A stretch of DNA of 64,000 nucleotides from Vairimorpha necatrix (taxonomy: Eukaryota), in NCBI GenBank assembly GCA_036630325.1, contig CP142733.1, positions 682,001 to 746,000 of the forward strand. The letters run 5' to 3'. Positions 1 to 14,325 of the stretch are shown in pieces. The translations under genes were made by a program, and so were the position numbers. The notes below the pieces were generated by a model, which saw only the letters and a program-made list of their open reading frames with translations, was not told the origin of the DNA and made no database searches. Position 1 is the first letter of the stretch, and every line of letters begins with the position of its first letter.

Positions 1-51
1 GAATTGTTCAATATAAGTAAATATATATATATATGAAAAAAGTGAAACCCC

Positions 52-627
52 ATGATATTGATTCTTTTTAATCTGCAATATATTTTTTCTATTGAGGCCA
101 TGTTTATGGTACAAAGAGATGATAGATTCGTAGATGTTTACATAAGTTTAGCAGATGAAGAAAAAAACACTACCTATTCAATTTCTGAAATGGACGATGA
201 TTATAATTTTAAATCAATTAATACATTCAATCATAAAATCCTAATAGGAAGAAAATATAAGACGCATTACTTTCTACCTATAACATTAAAAGAGGGAATG
301 TATATTCATAAAATTTTGAATTCTGTTGCAAATAATAATGTCGAACTGATGAACATTATAAATTTGTTCTACAATGGTACATATATACTTAAAACTACTA
401 TTACAACTGAAGATAAAAAGGTATATTACTTAGAACATGGAAAATATAATTCTGTAATACCGGATGATGCTTTCATAGTTAATTCGAAATTACACTTTCA
501 GGAATCAAAAAGCTTATTTGAACTAGAATGGTTAGATATTTTCGATAAACGTGTTGATTATAAACTTCCAAAAAAATACTTTATAATACGTTACAGGAAA
601 GTACTAGATGCTAAAGATAAAGATTAA
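52..627 (+). CDS. Family A putative secreted protein (unknown function)
   Basis: AACCCC-ATG start; hydrophobic N-terminus; family motifs DVYISL, YSISE, FLPIT, ILKTT, KKVYY shared with paralogues in window. Confidence 0.85.
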   Translation: MILILFNLQYIFSIEAMFMVQRDDRFVDVYISLADEEKNTTYSISEMDDDYNFKSINTFNHKILIGRKYKTHYFLPITLKEGMYIHKILNSVANNNVELMNIINLFYNGTYILKTTITTEDKKVYYLEHGKYNSVIPDDAFIVNSKLHFQESKSLFELEWLDIFDKRVDYKLPKKYFIIRYRKVLDAKDKD

Positions 628-3392
628 CTTGTACATGTATGATATAAAATCCTATGTAAAATTTTTTTACATTATCACAATTGTAATGGTAGCTTATAAA
701 ATAATTTTCAGTCTATTGTGAAGCACCGAAAGTAAAAGAAAAAAGTACCATAGGAATTTGGTATAATTTACGTCAAATATAAGAAAAACTAAATACATTA
801 ATTGTCAATAGTTACAAGCTAAAATTAATAAAAAATTATAATGTTTTTAAGATGATTTTTTTTTAATTTTCATTATCGCTAAAACTGATGAAAAGTATAA
901 AATTTCAAATTTGTATATCAAGTTTATAAAATTAACTAATCACTTAATCCACGTAAAAAGTAGTTTAAAGAATGAAGAAAATATTTATAAAAATAAACTT
1001 AGACAAAATTAACAGTTCGTATCAAGAAAAAAAATCTTGCAATAGTTTTGATATATTTTCAGGTTGAGACGAAATTTTTATTTCATCAGAAATGAAATAA
1101 CTTGAAAAATATGAAAGCTTGAAATATTTTTTATGAGAAAAAAATCTACTCTTTTTTGATTGCATATAACATTTTACTTAAAAATCATCATGAAGAAATT
1201 TTTTTTGTAGATTTGTGACTTTTTAAACAATTATTGTAACAAATCTATTTTGTGTTAAATAGCTAATATAAAGCTTTATTGTCTCGTAATCGAATAAAAA
1301 ATTGTAATAAAATTTTTAATTATATGTTACAAAACCAACGGTATAAAAAGATATTACTTTTTTATTGAATAAAGCTCTTCGTTCTTGGTTTTATATCTAA
1401 AGAACAAAATTAAGATGTTAGTTTTTTTAGCAAACAAAAACTGTTGAGCATAAAGCATCAAAAAAGCGGAACGGTTCGATTTTAAAAAATTAAAAGGTAT
1501 TACACCAACAGCAAGATGTTTCAGTTTGTGAGCAACTAAATCTTTCCCAAAACTCGTAGTTTTGATGTCGATAATTTAAATTTTTATAAAAAAATATGAT
1601 TTAAGATTAAATGTGGTAAAAAAAAATTAGGTTGATTTATAGACTTATATCACAAAAACTTTTGTTCATGCAATGGGTATTTTTTTAAGTAAATTGGAAC
1701 AATATTATTCTATGGACGGCATTGTTGCAGTTATTTGTAGATATGTTTGCCATGTAGTCATATTTAGAAATTTGCATTTAAATGGAACAAAGCATTGACG
1801 ATGTAGTTTTAGTCTATCAGATTTCATAAATTTTTATATTTATTGCTATTACTTATTTCAAATCTATATAAAGCCTAAATGATTTCTGTTTGTCAAAATT
1901 GCACCTAGTTTTTTAGCATTTAATTATAATTAGTTGCAGGCTTGTAAATGGCAAATTAAAATTCAACTTAATAAAATCTAAAGACAAATAGTGGTTAAGC
2001 ACGAATATGACTACAATTATTTGCAATAGCTTTAATCAATATGAGTAAAGTATTAAACATTTATAAATGATTTTTTCTCAAAATACGATGTTTTTTTTAT
2101 TGGCATAAGAGCTAATTACAAATATTGGAGTATTTATCTATAACAGAAGAGTTTATTTAAAAAAATCAAACATTTTTTACATAACATAAACTTCTTTAAC
2201 AAACTTCTCAGAACAGCCAAATTATAGTAAATGTTAATGTTTTAATACAGTTAATAGACTAAATAAAAAATAGAACATTGTTATGTGCACCCTATTGTTT
2301 TCTATGTATATACAAGATATGCGATAAATAAAAAAGTAAGTTCTCATGAAACCACTCATATTGGGTCAAAAAAAAACATATCGCAGTAATACTAAACACA
2401 AATGATAACACATCGACTTCTTCACAGAATTGAATATGAGGAAGACTAATACAAAATAGGCCAGTTCAATAAACTTCTAGACGTTGTGATGCTCCTGATT
2501 AATTAGATATTAAATAATATATGCTTAATGTTTCTGTACGCGATAATGGTTTTAGTATGCACGATGTCTTTCTAACTTTAATTGAGTGAAAAGCCTTAGC
2601 AACATTATATCGAAATTCGATATTTTGCATCGATAAAAAGGTGTTTTACGTTTTATTAATAGGGAAATGATTACTATTTTGAGTTCTTTAGATATCTATA
2701 TTATGCTGCTTCGACTTTCAAGCAAGAAACAAAAATAGGATTGATAAAAATTATAGTACTTTTAATACGTATTTGTTTCTCGTACTGTTATAGGTACTTT
2801 TTACTTTTTATACTAATTAGAACTAATTTATAATTTAAATTTTTGATCAATAATGTGTATTTTTTCCACATTTAATTATTCTATAACATGTAGTTGAATA
2901 TGTTTCAAATTATATTTACAAAATAAATAAATGCTTACCTGATATAGAATATTATTAGAAATTTGCGATACTAAGAACTTTAATTATCAAACTATTTTAT
3001 ATAAATTGTCCCAGTTTTGTAAATGGGTTTGACATTATACTTTGGAATTTATGTGTTTTTCTTGATATACTTTTGAACTTATTTAAGTAAATTTTGTTTT
3101 TATCTTAAAATGTCAAATATTTATATAAAAAATTATGATTTCAAATCATATCAAAATGCTTTTTATTCAGATATATCTAAAATATTTAATTAGTAAATTT
3201 TAGATAAAAATTAAATTTGTTTTGACGTTTTTAATTTATTAAGTTTGAGAAATATGCCAAATGGTATATAAATACAATATTTTTTAATGATCGTATTTTA
3301 AATTTTATATATTATGGATCTATGGAAATATCATTTTTTTAAATTAAATCTTATTTTATACTATTTATAAATCCAAAAAAACGACGAACCCC

Positions 3393-4028
3393 ATGATTTT
3401 ATTTTCTTTTCATCTATTAGAATTCCTATGTACTGACATACTTTTTATTATTCGAAAAGATGAAAATTCTGAAATTTACATTGGTACAGATAAAGAAATT
3501 AATGTCGAGCAACCATCATCTCAATATATTTTTGAAATAACTGAATCAAATAAGTTTGATTTAGAGAAATCAGGAAGAAGAAAAAAATTAATTCAACCCC
3601 CTAAATCTCGCAATTTTTTACCACTGAGGTATAAGGATAGACAAGCATTTAATAAAAAAGTGATAAGGATTGATTATGAAACCGATGAAGAACTTTATCT
3701 TGCTTTCAAACTTGTGGATGCTAAAGTTGTATTAAAAACTATATTTCCATACGATTTAAAAGAACAATTTTATATAACAGCAAAGAAAATATCACCCGGA
3801 AATACTCTTGAATATTGTTTGTCAAGTAGAGGCCTTAAGTTAAATCCAAACAAAGATATATACGAATTAAGGCTATGTATAACCAATAAGGTTGATAGAC
3901 AATTTATAATTAATCTCCCTCAGGTCTACAAGAAATACTTGGCAATTCAATCATATATAATGAGAAGAAATGAAGAAATTTACGAACAAGAAATAATTGC
4001 GTTCCAAATGGAGTATTTTTCAATGTAA
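3393..4028 (+). CDS. Family A putative secreted protein
   Basis: AACCCC-ATG; MILFSF..CTDILFI..EIYIG, VLKT motifs; closest to 5918..6553. Confidence 0.85.
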   Translation: MILFSFHLLEFLCTDILFIIRKDENSEIYIGTDKEINVEQPSSQYIFEITESNKFDLEKSGRRKKLIQPPKSRNFLPLRYKDRQAFNKKVIRIDYETDEELYLAFKLVDAKVVLKTIFPYDLKEQFYITAKKISPGNTLEYCLSSRGLKLNPNKDIYELRLCITNKVDRQFIINLPQVYKKYLAIQSYIMRRNEEIYEQEIIAFQMEYFSM

Positions 4029-5917
4029 GAAACAATATAACGTGGGGTTAAAGAAATTTAGGTTTTTATTAAAATTTTTTGATGTTTATTTGCTTTTTAT
4101 AAAAAATCCTTCTTGTTTCTATAAAAAACCATTGGGAGATTTATTTTTTAAATTTTTTTTTCTGTGAATTTAATAGAAACTTATTAAAAAATGTTTTTAC
4201 GTATCATTTAATCCGCAATTTAAGCTTATAAGAAAATAATTCACTTTAAAATTAAAACAGAATTCAAAAATTATCTTAATATTACATTTTAGCTTGTTTG
4301 TTTCGTTGATTCTATTTTTATCTGTACATAAATTTTCTATTTATCGTATTATTTTGTCTTAAACAATAATTTTCAATTGTTTTGTATATGAGCATATATC
4401 ATCATTATTTTATAATATTCTTTATAAAATTTTTTGTTTTATTTGAGTTAAAGACAGTTAGATGGTTTTTTTTTTCAAATTATGAAAGAAAAATTATATA
4501 AGGAAAAGTAATATACACTGTGGCACGAGCTGCCTTCTGGTCGACGACATGTCATCCAAGCTTGTATAAATATATTAATTCAAAGATTTTTTGTTATTTT
4601 TTTCATCTCCAATTTAGAACTTAAAAATGCTTCTTTTTATAGTTATATTTTTTCGAACGATAACATGTATCATCTTGTAGAGGGATGTTTATTTAATTAT
4701 TGATAAAACCATATTTGAAATGTTGGATATTGCTAAAGTCTCTTGATTTTATCCATTGTTAGTTTACGATGAATCATGTAAACAAGGGCATCTTAGTCAT
4801 TTGACATTTATTACTAAAGTATTAGCATTTTATGCTACTCTACATCTCTAGAGTTCCTTAAGAATCTCATGTGTCATATATCGGTGTAAAATATATAAAA
4901 AATGTTATATAAGTTACTTTTTCGAATACATATCACCACATGCTTAAACATAATTTTTTTTTATAATTTCTTACGATTATTAATTTCCGTTCTTTAAATT
5001 TAGTCTAGCGGTAAAAAATGAGTTAGTCGAAATATTAAAGAACAAAAATAGTGAGAATGCGTAACTTAACAAATTTGTGTAATTGCAAACATTTGAAACA
5101 CATTTTATACCATTTCAAATTATAAATATATATAATCTTACACATCGGTTTGAATATATAGTACGCTCAATCCTATAATTAGTGTAGTAGATTTATATAT
5201 GGTACTTAAGTTTTCTTTCGGAGTATTTATGTACTTGCATAATAATATTATTATCTTATGAGCAATTTTATCGGGTTTTAATTATATGGCAAAAACGTGT
5301 ACATTTGTTCATAATCATTAATGTTCTCATTTTGTTCAATAAAAACTATTTTTTTGGAATGGAAAAACAAAGAAGCATGTTTCAATTGGTTTGTTTATAA
5401 AGTTTATACGTTTTTTTATGTATTTTTGATTGTATAATGTAAAAAAAATTAATCATAACTTCAAAGATACGATTTCACGTAAGTTTCCCATTAAATATTA
5501 TAAGATGATAATAAAGGAAAAAACAACTTTTTCATGTTTGTCGTTTTGCAAATTCACTTGATTTTAATTTATGTATTAAAATTCTCAAGATAATTTGACT
5601 TCTTATTTCCATAAAAGGACTTTAAAGAAGTTAATAACTATATTCGTTTATTTTTGACATTAAAAACTTCATTCATTGAATAAAATTATCTGACCTTTGT
5701 TAAAAATTTTTATTCATATTAAATAAAAATTAAGTGTAAAAAAATATTGACGTTTTTTAATTTATCAATCTGAAGAAATTTGGCAAACTATGTATAAACT
5801 TATAATTTATATTTTATATTTTATATATGAAAAAAATTTAAATTTTTACATAAGAAATCAAATTTTAATTTAATATTTAATTTATTCTTTTATAAATGCA
5901 AAAAACTTCAGTGCCCC

Positions 5918-6553
5918 ATGATGTTATTTTGTTTTCCATTTTTACATAGTATTTGCACTGGCATTATGTTTATTGATAGAAAAGATGTTGATTTTGAAAT
6001 TTACATAGGTTTTAACAATGATATTAACGGAGACAACTATTCACCTTATCATATTTTTGAGATTTCGAATTCCTATGAATTTCATAAAGCTAAACTTATT
6101 AGAAATAAAAATTACGAATTGGTTGTAAAAGATACTCAGCATCTTCTCACTCCGTTAATGCTCGACGATAGACAAATATTTGAAAAGGATTTGAAAAAAA
6201 ATTACAGTGAAAGTGATGAAAGTGTTTCGAAACTTGTTGAATTACTTTGCAAAAGTCAAGTTATATTAAGAGCGAAATTTCCATTTGATATAAATGAAAG
6301 ATTTTACATAACATTAAATAAAATCTCTCCTGATTATAACCTTGAATATTGGATAACTAGTAGAAGTCTCAAGTTAAATCGAAACCGAAATATATACGAA
6401 TTAAAATTGCGAACTATTTCAAGCTTTGATAAAAACTTTTCTGTATGTATTCCTAGGACATACAGTGAACACATAAATAGTCAATTAGAAGAGTTGGAAT
6501 TAAGCGCTAACTTTGTTCTATCAGAACTTGATGAAACTATCTATATGGAATAG
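5918..6553 (+). CDS. Family A putative secreted protein
   Basis: GCCCC-ATG; aligns along its length with 3393..4028 (FPxD..E.FYIT..KISP...LEY...SR.LKLN.N..IYEL). Confidence 0.85.
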   Translation: MMLFCFPFLHSICTGIMFIDRKDVDFEIYIGFNNDINGDNYSPYHIFEISNSYEFHKAKLIRNKNYELVVKDTQHLLTPLMLDDRQIFEKDLKKNYSESDESVSKLVELLCKSQVILRAKFPFDINERFYITLNKISPDYNLEYWITSRSLKLNRNRNIYELKLRTISSFDKNFSVCIPRTYSEHINSQLEELELSANFVLSELDETIYME

Positions 6554-6971
6554 TAAAAATTTATTAAATTTTATCATTTTAAAATAATTTAGTTGTAAAA
6601 AATTTACTTTCTCATTAATATTTACAATAATATAATATTTTGTCGTAGATTCTTTTATCCGTCTTTAAAATCAATTTGAACTTTAACTCACACAATAGCG
6701 TTGTTAATCTTTAAATAGAAAATCAATACCCGCTTATTATTTCAAACACGAAAAAATAATATTTTAAATATAAATTTAAATTATTTTTTTAATCAATTCT
6801 AATTTTGACATTTAACGATTATGATATGTTTAATTTTGATATTTCTTCAGAAAATATCTTAGTTTTTGTTCAGACCGATTTTTTATAATAAAAATTTAAT
6901 ATTATTTTACCCATCAATATTTAATATAATTTTTTTAATTTAAATATATTATAAGGGTTCTTAGTGCCCTT

Positions 6972-8115
6972 ATAGTACCTTCATTCTTGTTTATATATGT
7001 TACAATATGTACTGATCTTTTGTTTTTAGTTCCAAAAGACGATAAAAATGTTGATCTATACATTTCATTGAAAGATGTACTTACCCAAGAAATGTATTCA
7101 ACATTCCTAACAACTGAACTACTCGATGAAGACATTGTAGATGGAGTTGTAAGTACCTACGATAAAAGATTAGAAAATGGAAGAAAGACTTAACCTTGTT
7201 TTTTTAAACCGATAAGTTAGAAGAAAAACAAAGTGTAAAGAAAACTTTATCAGATTATAGGGTTATGCATTATAAAGAAACCAATCTTGTCGATTTAGTT
7301 TATAGCGGCAATGTTATATTAAAAACGACATTTGTACTTGATGCAAAAAGGCATATTTATTTGATTTTTAATATTACTAAAGTCCAAATTGTTTTTTTTA
7401 TTAAACAAGTAAAAAAAAAAATTGACAGATCAAATAGGCTATATGAAATCATTTGGTTAGGTTTTTATAGTCTGCCGACAATAGAAAAAAATGTTAGTGT
7501 CCTTTCGTTATACAAAGATAATTTATTTATAATAAATCAATTTATTAATTTAAAAGATGATTTAGAAATAATAAGTAGGGATCTACAATCAAAAATAGTT
7601 ATTGAGCAAAAGAAAAAAATTTTGATGACTATGAATGTAAGTTGTCGATTACAAACGACAACGAAATAAATTGTCTCATTTCTACAGACAATTTTACAGA
7701 AATAAAAAATTTTGTTTGAGAAAACAGCGCGAGAAATAGTGACTTAAAACATTGTAATGGAATTACTTATACTGAAAAAATTATTTATACCTGATGATAT
7801 ATTAACAGATAAAGATTTAAAATTTTATGAGCGAAACGATACTTCTGTTAGCTCAAATGCCAAAGAGCTTGTTAAAGTTGTAATGCCAGATATAGCCTTT
7901 TCTCCTGAACGTGTTGAAAATATAAACTTTAGTGGATAGAAAAATTCTACAAATGAAGACAAGAAAGAAGTAAAAGATAAAGAAAATAATAATGTTAAAA
8001 ATGAAGACGAAAAAAACAAACTAGAAAAGTAAAAGAGTCATGTTAAACAAATTTTACTTGGGGTTTTCTTTTTTAAAGTTGTATTAATCGTATATTATAA
8101 AGTTCTACGATCTAA
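6972..8115 (+). pseudogene. Family A pseudogene, long form with C-terminal hydrophobic anchor
   Basis: CCCTT-ATA where paralogue 14664 has CCCTT-ATG; CTDLLFLVP, DLYISL, TYDKR, ILKTT motifs split by stops (7191) and frameshifts; hydrophobic codons about 8050-8100; end approximate. Confidence 0.7.
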
Positions 8116-11100
8116 TAAAAAGATATTTCTAAGACTTTAAACGTTTTTTAAATTGATATTTTGCTTTTATACTAGCCCAAACTCACATTTAAGAAAAACT
8201 TAGTCTGGGTACTTTTTTTTAATTTTTGCTTTAAAAAATATCTATGTGCACTAGTTAACGATAGGGATTGTCATAAAAGATTAATGAAGATGTATTCTTT
8301 AAAAAATATTTCTATATTGCAATATCTTGCTGAATAAAGACTTGTGTCATTCCTTTATACATAATTCGTAATAAGCATTATGGTGAAAACCCATAAATTA
8401 AAATTGTCCTTTCTAGATAAATTCTATGTCAATTAAATAAAAGAAGTCAATGAATAAATATAAAACATAAATCAAGGCTGAAATTAAAGCTATTTTTTAT
8501 ATAAATACAAAATTGTTTTTTGAAGAATACTAAAAAAGTATTTTTATAAACAATCATATAGTGTAATATTAGTTTTTAATACGCTAAAACAATAAAAATA
8601 TGTCAAAAGCGATTTAGCACATAAAAATTTTTATATTATTTGATTTTATGTGACAAATAAATTATTCATTTGACTTTGATTTTTTTTATAACTTAATATA
8701 TAAATAGCAAATAAATTCGTAATAACTTAAAAATATTCTGTTTTTATATCTGTAAAAATAGTCTTAAAAATAAAGGAAACGACTAAAATATAAAATGTAT
8801 TCGTGAAATATGCGATCAAATTTTTTAATAATTTTGGTCTTTTGTTATTATATCTATTGTAGTTAGAACCCAAATGATTAATTTTTTATTTGATTTTTGA
8901 CTACAATTGCTCTACAACTCTATTCTTGGTGGCCAAATATACATACTTTGTAGGCATATACTTAATCTTTCTAGGTAATATTTTCAAACTATATATTTTA
9001 CATATTTTATTACTGAATTGATTATAAAAAATGAAGATTATTGATTAATAAACTCGTTATATGAAAGATTAATAGAAGGTTAGCCACACATAACCATGGT
9101 TATAAACAAAAAACGTATTATTTAATGAAATAGTTATGTATTAAATATGACAGGCAACTCTTATGGTGAAGAACAAATATATCCAAGAAATTATTTTGTT
9201 TATACAACAAATTATTAAATCAAGAGTATCAATTGATCCTAAAAAATCATATTTTTTTTCTTCTGAATATAACTAGGTCTTTGTTTAATTAAAATTTGTA
9301 AAAAGCATATAATTTATATTTGAAAATGATTTAAAATTTTATGATATAATGGCTTGAACATAAAAAACTTTTCATTTGCGTTATATAACTTTAAAGCAAA
9401 GAATAAAGTCAAATATTTCAGTAAGTTAACATTTAAGAGTTGAATTATAATGACTCAGATATTATACCAAGTTACGAAAATTACAGAATATGTATGAAAT
9501 AAAATTTCGTTCGTTGGTTCATAGAAATAATAAGGTGTTGTATATTAAGATCTGCTACAGAGATTGTGAAAAATTGAGAACATAACCATAAAACCTGATT
9601 ATGCAGATAAATTTACATCGAGCTTTTTGATTAAAATTTTTAAAAATAATCGTTTTTAATTTCTTTATGTAGATTTTAAAATAAAATTAGTTTTTTTTTA
9701 TATCATAATTTAAACTGTTTAAAATAATACCGCAAATTTATTTTTCGTTAGTTTTATTAGTATTTTCTATATTTTAGATGAACTGTATGTTTGATCAAAT
9801 TTTTCCCTAAGAAATATTATTTTTTATCGAAATGCTTAAAAATACAAAATCGAAAATAATCTGGATGAAAAAGGGACAATATTTACATCAACTTTCAATA
9901 TATAAAACAAAATAAATACTTGTTACTCAATTAACTTTTAATTCCCATTTACGCATCATTAAATACATAAACTCTATATTAATTTTTATAAGAAATAAAA
10001 ATACTGATTAAACTTAAAGTTTAAGACGTATTTGTATCATAAAATTTTTGTATAAAATAAAGTAATATTTTATAATGAATCAATTATTTACATTATAAAA
10101 AAATTTAAAAGCATTTTGAATTATTATTATTACAGATAACGCTGACAATAGAAATTATTAATATTAAAATGAGAAGTAATTACTGTTAATATATACTTCC
10201 TCATTTAAAGAAGTTTTTTTTACACACATATATACTAAAGAAAGAATCAAATATTTGAGGAAAGGTGCTGATATTATAAAAGATACAAAACACTAGAAGC
10301 CAAATTATCTAGCTTATTTGTAAAGATTTCAATGATAAGTATTATATAAGTTACTACAACATTATTCGCTATATATAATTAAGATGTTATCATGTTTTTT
10401 TTGATTTGATGGGGCGTTACTACTATGACATACAAAAACTTAAATATGCCTGTGCAATGCTTGTGTATGATTATTTAATATAAATTAAAAATTAAAACAA
10501 ATGTAAACAAAAAATTGCATCGTAATTATAGCCAATTGGGAGTGATGTGTTTATAATTTTAAAAAACAAATTTTTTGATAATAATGTTTTAACATGAACT
10601 TGTTATCTTAAAATTATCGGAATAAAAGATTAAAAATTGTATTAGAACAAAAAGTATAAACCATCTGTAATGCTATACGTGAAAATTCTTTTAAGGACGA
10701 ATTGAGTAAGAAATTTTCATTATATATCATTAATTTTGATCTTTTATATTTCAAGTGCAGAATGATAGATTAATATGCATATATACATGCAATTGGGAAC
10801 CCAGATGGTTTCTCTAAATAAATTTAAATTAAAAAAAGTATTTATTGTGATGCGTTGAGACAAATTTTGAGGAATTACATAGAGTACAAACAATAAAGCT
10901 CTAATTATAACTCAAAATAGAAGCACATTACAAAAAACTATCTTAAAATGACATTAAAAAGATTAAATGTGTCGGCGTGTTTTGTCTTTGCACTAAATAT
11001 TATGGGGCATTTAAAACCATTTTAATTAAAGTGATGATAAATTTTATCATCCGAAACGGCAGAATTAAATACATTTTGTTTAGGAAAAGTAAGTTAAAAG

Positions 11101-11304
11101 TTTACATTTGTAACGACTCTATTACATTTAAATCGATTGATTATTCGTGGTAGTGAATATATTTGAACAAGCATAAGAATTTCACATTTTTAATTATTTA
11201 AAAAAAGTATTATTTCAATTTTATATGTTAATAAAATTTAATTTAATGAAGTTTTTAGCTATGCGTTGTTTCCAATATTAAATGCGATTCTTTTACATAA
11301 AAAT

Positions 11305-11926
11305 TTATTTTTTATTTTTGAAAAAATTTAATTTTTTTTCAAGTCTATAGGAATCATTAAAATAGGTTAGAAAAGCTCTAGAAGTAAAATCATCGGAAAA
11401 AGTACTATAAAAATTTAACCATATTAGTTTTCCTAGATTAAACTCACCCCATAATGCAAAATTTACGCTTTTTGAATATTTACAAAATTTCATATTCAAG
11501 TCTTCATGTATTCCAGCAATATATTAAATTTGCCCATGTAATTCGTTAATAATAAATGTTGCTTTTAATATAATGTTGCTTTTTTCAAAATAATTTACAT
11601 AATCACAACATACTCTATTGTAATATCGAAGATGATCTATAAAAATTATAGTATTTTTTCTTTCTTTAATAGTTATTGCCTTGAAATGATATATATATAT
11701 ATAGATTTCTTTCTATTTCAAATTTTAAATCACAATTTTTATGTAATCTTTTATCGGTTTCTGGCATATTTAGCTTGCTGATTAAGCAAAATCTTGTGTG
11801 CATGTCTTCATGTGAAACATTATCCAAAGCTAAGTAAACATGACATACATCTTTTTTAGTATCTTTAGAAATATATAATATGTCGGAACAAAATATACAT
11901 AATAATTTAAAGCAAAATAAAATCAT
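11305..11926 (-). pseudogene. Family A frameshifted copy
   Basis: ACCC-ATG; MILFCF..IFCSDILYI..VYLAL; frame breaks around the (AT)n tract near 11690; family-like coding continues downstream (IILKATF-like near 11560-11580). Confidence 0.65.
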
Positions 11927-13523
11927 GGGTACCGAACGTCAAATTTTTTTATATATATATATATTTAGTAAAATGGTTTTTGTCAATAGAAATTTATACT
12001 GAATCAAATAATCATTTGCTTTTAATTTGATTTATAATTCTCAAAAATATTTGACAGTATATTTCATTAAGTTGTTATTGGGGAATATCTTTAAATTTTT
12101 AGAAAGAATTAAATTAATCATTGACACGAAAAATTCAAAAATAAACTTTAAAACAATTATAATAAGATTTTTTAATCTCAATCCAATATATATTCATGTA
12201 ATTCTGTTAATGTAATAATTTTATTGACTAGTTGATTATTATAAAAATTTAATTTTTTTTTATTCTGTGGTAGTGTTTTGAAGATCAATAAAATAAATGC
12301 TCTTTTTTTCTGTATAGATAGATAAAAAATACACTTCTAAATAGTTTGGTTGTGAAATAATATTTATAGATCATGAATTTTGTATTTGTTTATTCTAGAA
12401 AAATGCTTATTTTATCAAGTATAAGGTATTTGAATAAAAATTTAAAAAGTAAAATAATTTTATCTTGAAATCTTTAATGTCATAAAAAATAAGATTTAAA
12501 TCAGATACTCTGTTTCTTTTAAGATAGTACTTATGATTCATGTTCTTAGTCTTAATTTATAAAAAACGGTATAAAACGCTTAACGTGAGGTAAATGTACT
12601 GGTTTATTGTATTTTTTATCTTTATTTTTAAAACACAAAACAATACCTTAGATGATTACTACCGCCTTACCACATTTTTATCGGAATACACTAACACGAT
12701 GCAAATATTTAGCTAAATACAATTTAAAAGGATAATTTGTGATAGATTATTCAAATATTTATTTTAAAAATCTTTAAATTAAGACATACTTCATAACAAA
12801 GTCCACTCGTTTGTAATTACAAATTTCAGATCCTAAATGCTTAACATCATAATTTATATTATTTTCATTCTAATCAAAAACGCTGAAAATATACATGTAA
12901 AGGTATTACCCAAATAAAAAAAAGATTCTAAAGTGTATATTCTTCAATTCTTTCCGTTTAGACTAATTTCAGATGTAAAAACTTCATAAAATTTATTGTA
13001 TTTTCATCTTTCTTAAATGTTAGACAATATAAAAATTTATAATTCTATATTGTTATATTCAACGATAAAATTGAAATAACACATTGAGAGAATTTTTTTT
13101 TTTAAAACTTTATCAACATATGAAAGACTTATTCTTTGTGTTTAGTTTATGCTAATACTTTATTTTGCCTCTTAAATATATTTGTTGTTATGCCTTTTCG
13201 TCACACAAGGTGAGTTTTTAATAACAACAGCAAATCCATAATAATAATTTAAATATTTTTTTTTCTGCTGTTTCCAAAAGCACTCGATTTTTTTTATTCA
13301 ATTTATATTCTTCAATTGACGCAATATGAAAATAGCTTTGAACAAATAAATATAGGAATTTAATATAATAAGCGCTCAGAATAACCTTTAAGAACTTTAA
13401 TATAGAACTTAATACAGAATCAGAAATTTAATTCAATGACATTCAAAGTTAATGTTGAATTGTATTGTAAAAGAAGATAAAAAGAAGCTATTAAATAAGA
13501 ATTATTTGGCTAAAGAGAACTTA

Positions 13524-14325
13524 CAGCCCCCGCATTTGAGGCGCTACGATTTTTTTTTTTCGAACCCCAAAAATGAAGTGTAAAAAAAGGAGGAGCAGGA
13601 AGGAGACAAAAATTACTAAGCACTTATGACATTAAAAACAATAAATAAATATACATTTATGTACACAATTATATTTTAATACAAGTTTTTACAATAATAT
13701 AAACCAATAAGCATTTTTTGCCCTTCTGATTTTTTAGAATTGGGGACAAAAACGCTCCCTCTGAGGGTGTTCACTTTATTATTTTGAACCCCAAAAACGA
13801 AGTGCAAAATAAAGGAGAAGCAATCATCAGTACTCAAATTACTTGCATCTTTAAACAGTAAAAATACCAAATAAATATATATTTGTATACGAAATGTAAT
13901 TTAAAAAAAGAATATAACCATTAAACTATAAAATTCTAAATAACTTAACATATTTAAATTAAATTTTTTGATATAACAATCTGTATAGATCGTTGAACAT
14001 TTATTTAAATTTTCTTATATAACTAATATTTATAATTTTAATTGTTGGTTTATTATAAAAGTAGATTTTTGAAGAAAATCTACTTTCATAATAAACCAAC
14101 AATTAAAAAAAATTGAAAAAATAAGAAGGGCGAAAAGACACAATACTCTAAATAATTATTATAACTAAATTTAAAATTAAATTTTGTATAAAATATTATA
14201 TTTATTTGCTATTTTTAATATCATAAGTGCCTAGTAATTTTCGTCTCTTCTTTGCTCCTCCTTTTTTTTTACTTCATTTTTGGGGTTCGGAAAATAAAAT
14301 CGTAGCGCCTCAAATGCGGGGGCTG
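13524..14325. mobile_element. Non-autonomous TIR element (MITE), Tc1/mariner-like
   Basis: Termini CAGCCCCCGCATTTGAGGCGCTACGA / TCGTAGCGCCTCAAATGCGGGGGCTG; imperfect TIR of roughly 150 bp; TA on both flanks; no transposase. Confidence 0.85.
14036..14108. repeat. Near-perfect inverted repeat (about 34-bp arms) inside the MITE
   Basis: TTTTAATTGTTGGTTTATTATAAAAGTAGATTTT ... AAAATCTACTTTCATAATAAACCAACAATTAAAA. Confidence 0.85.
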
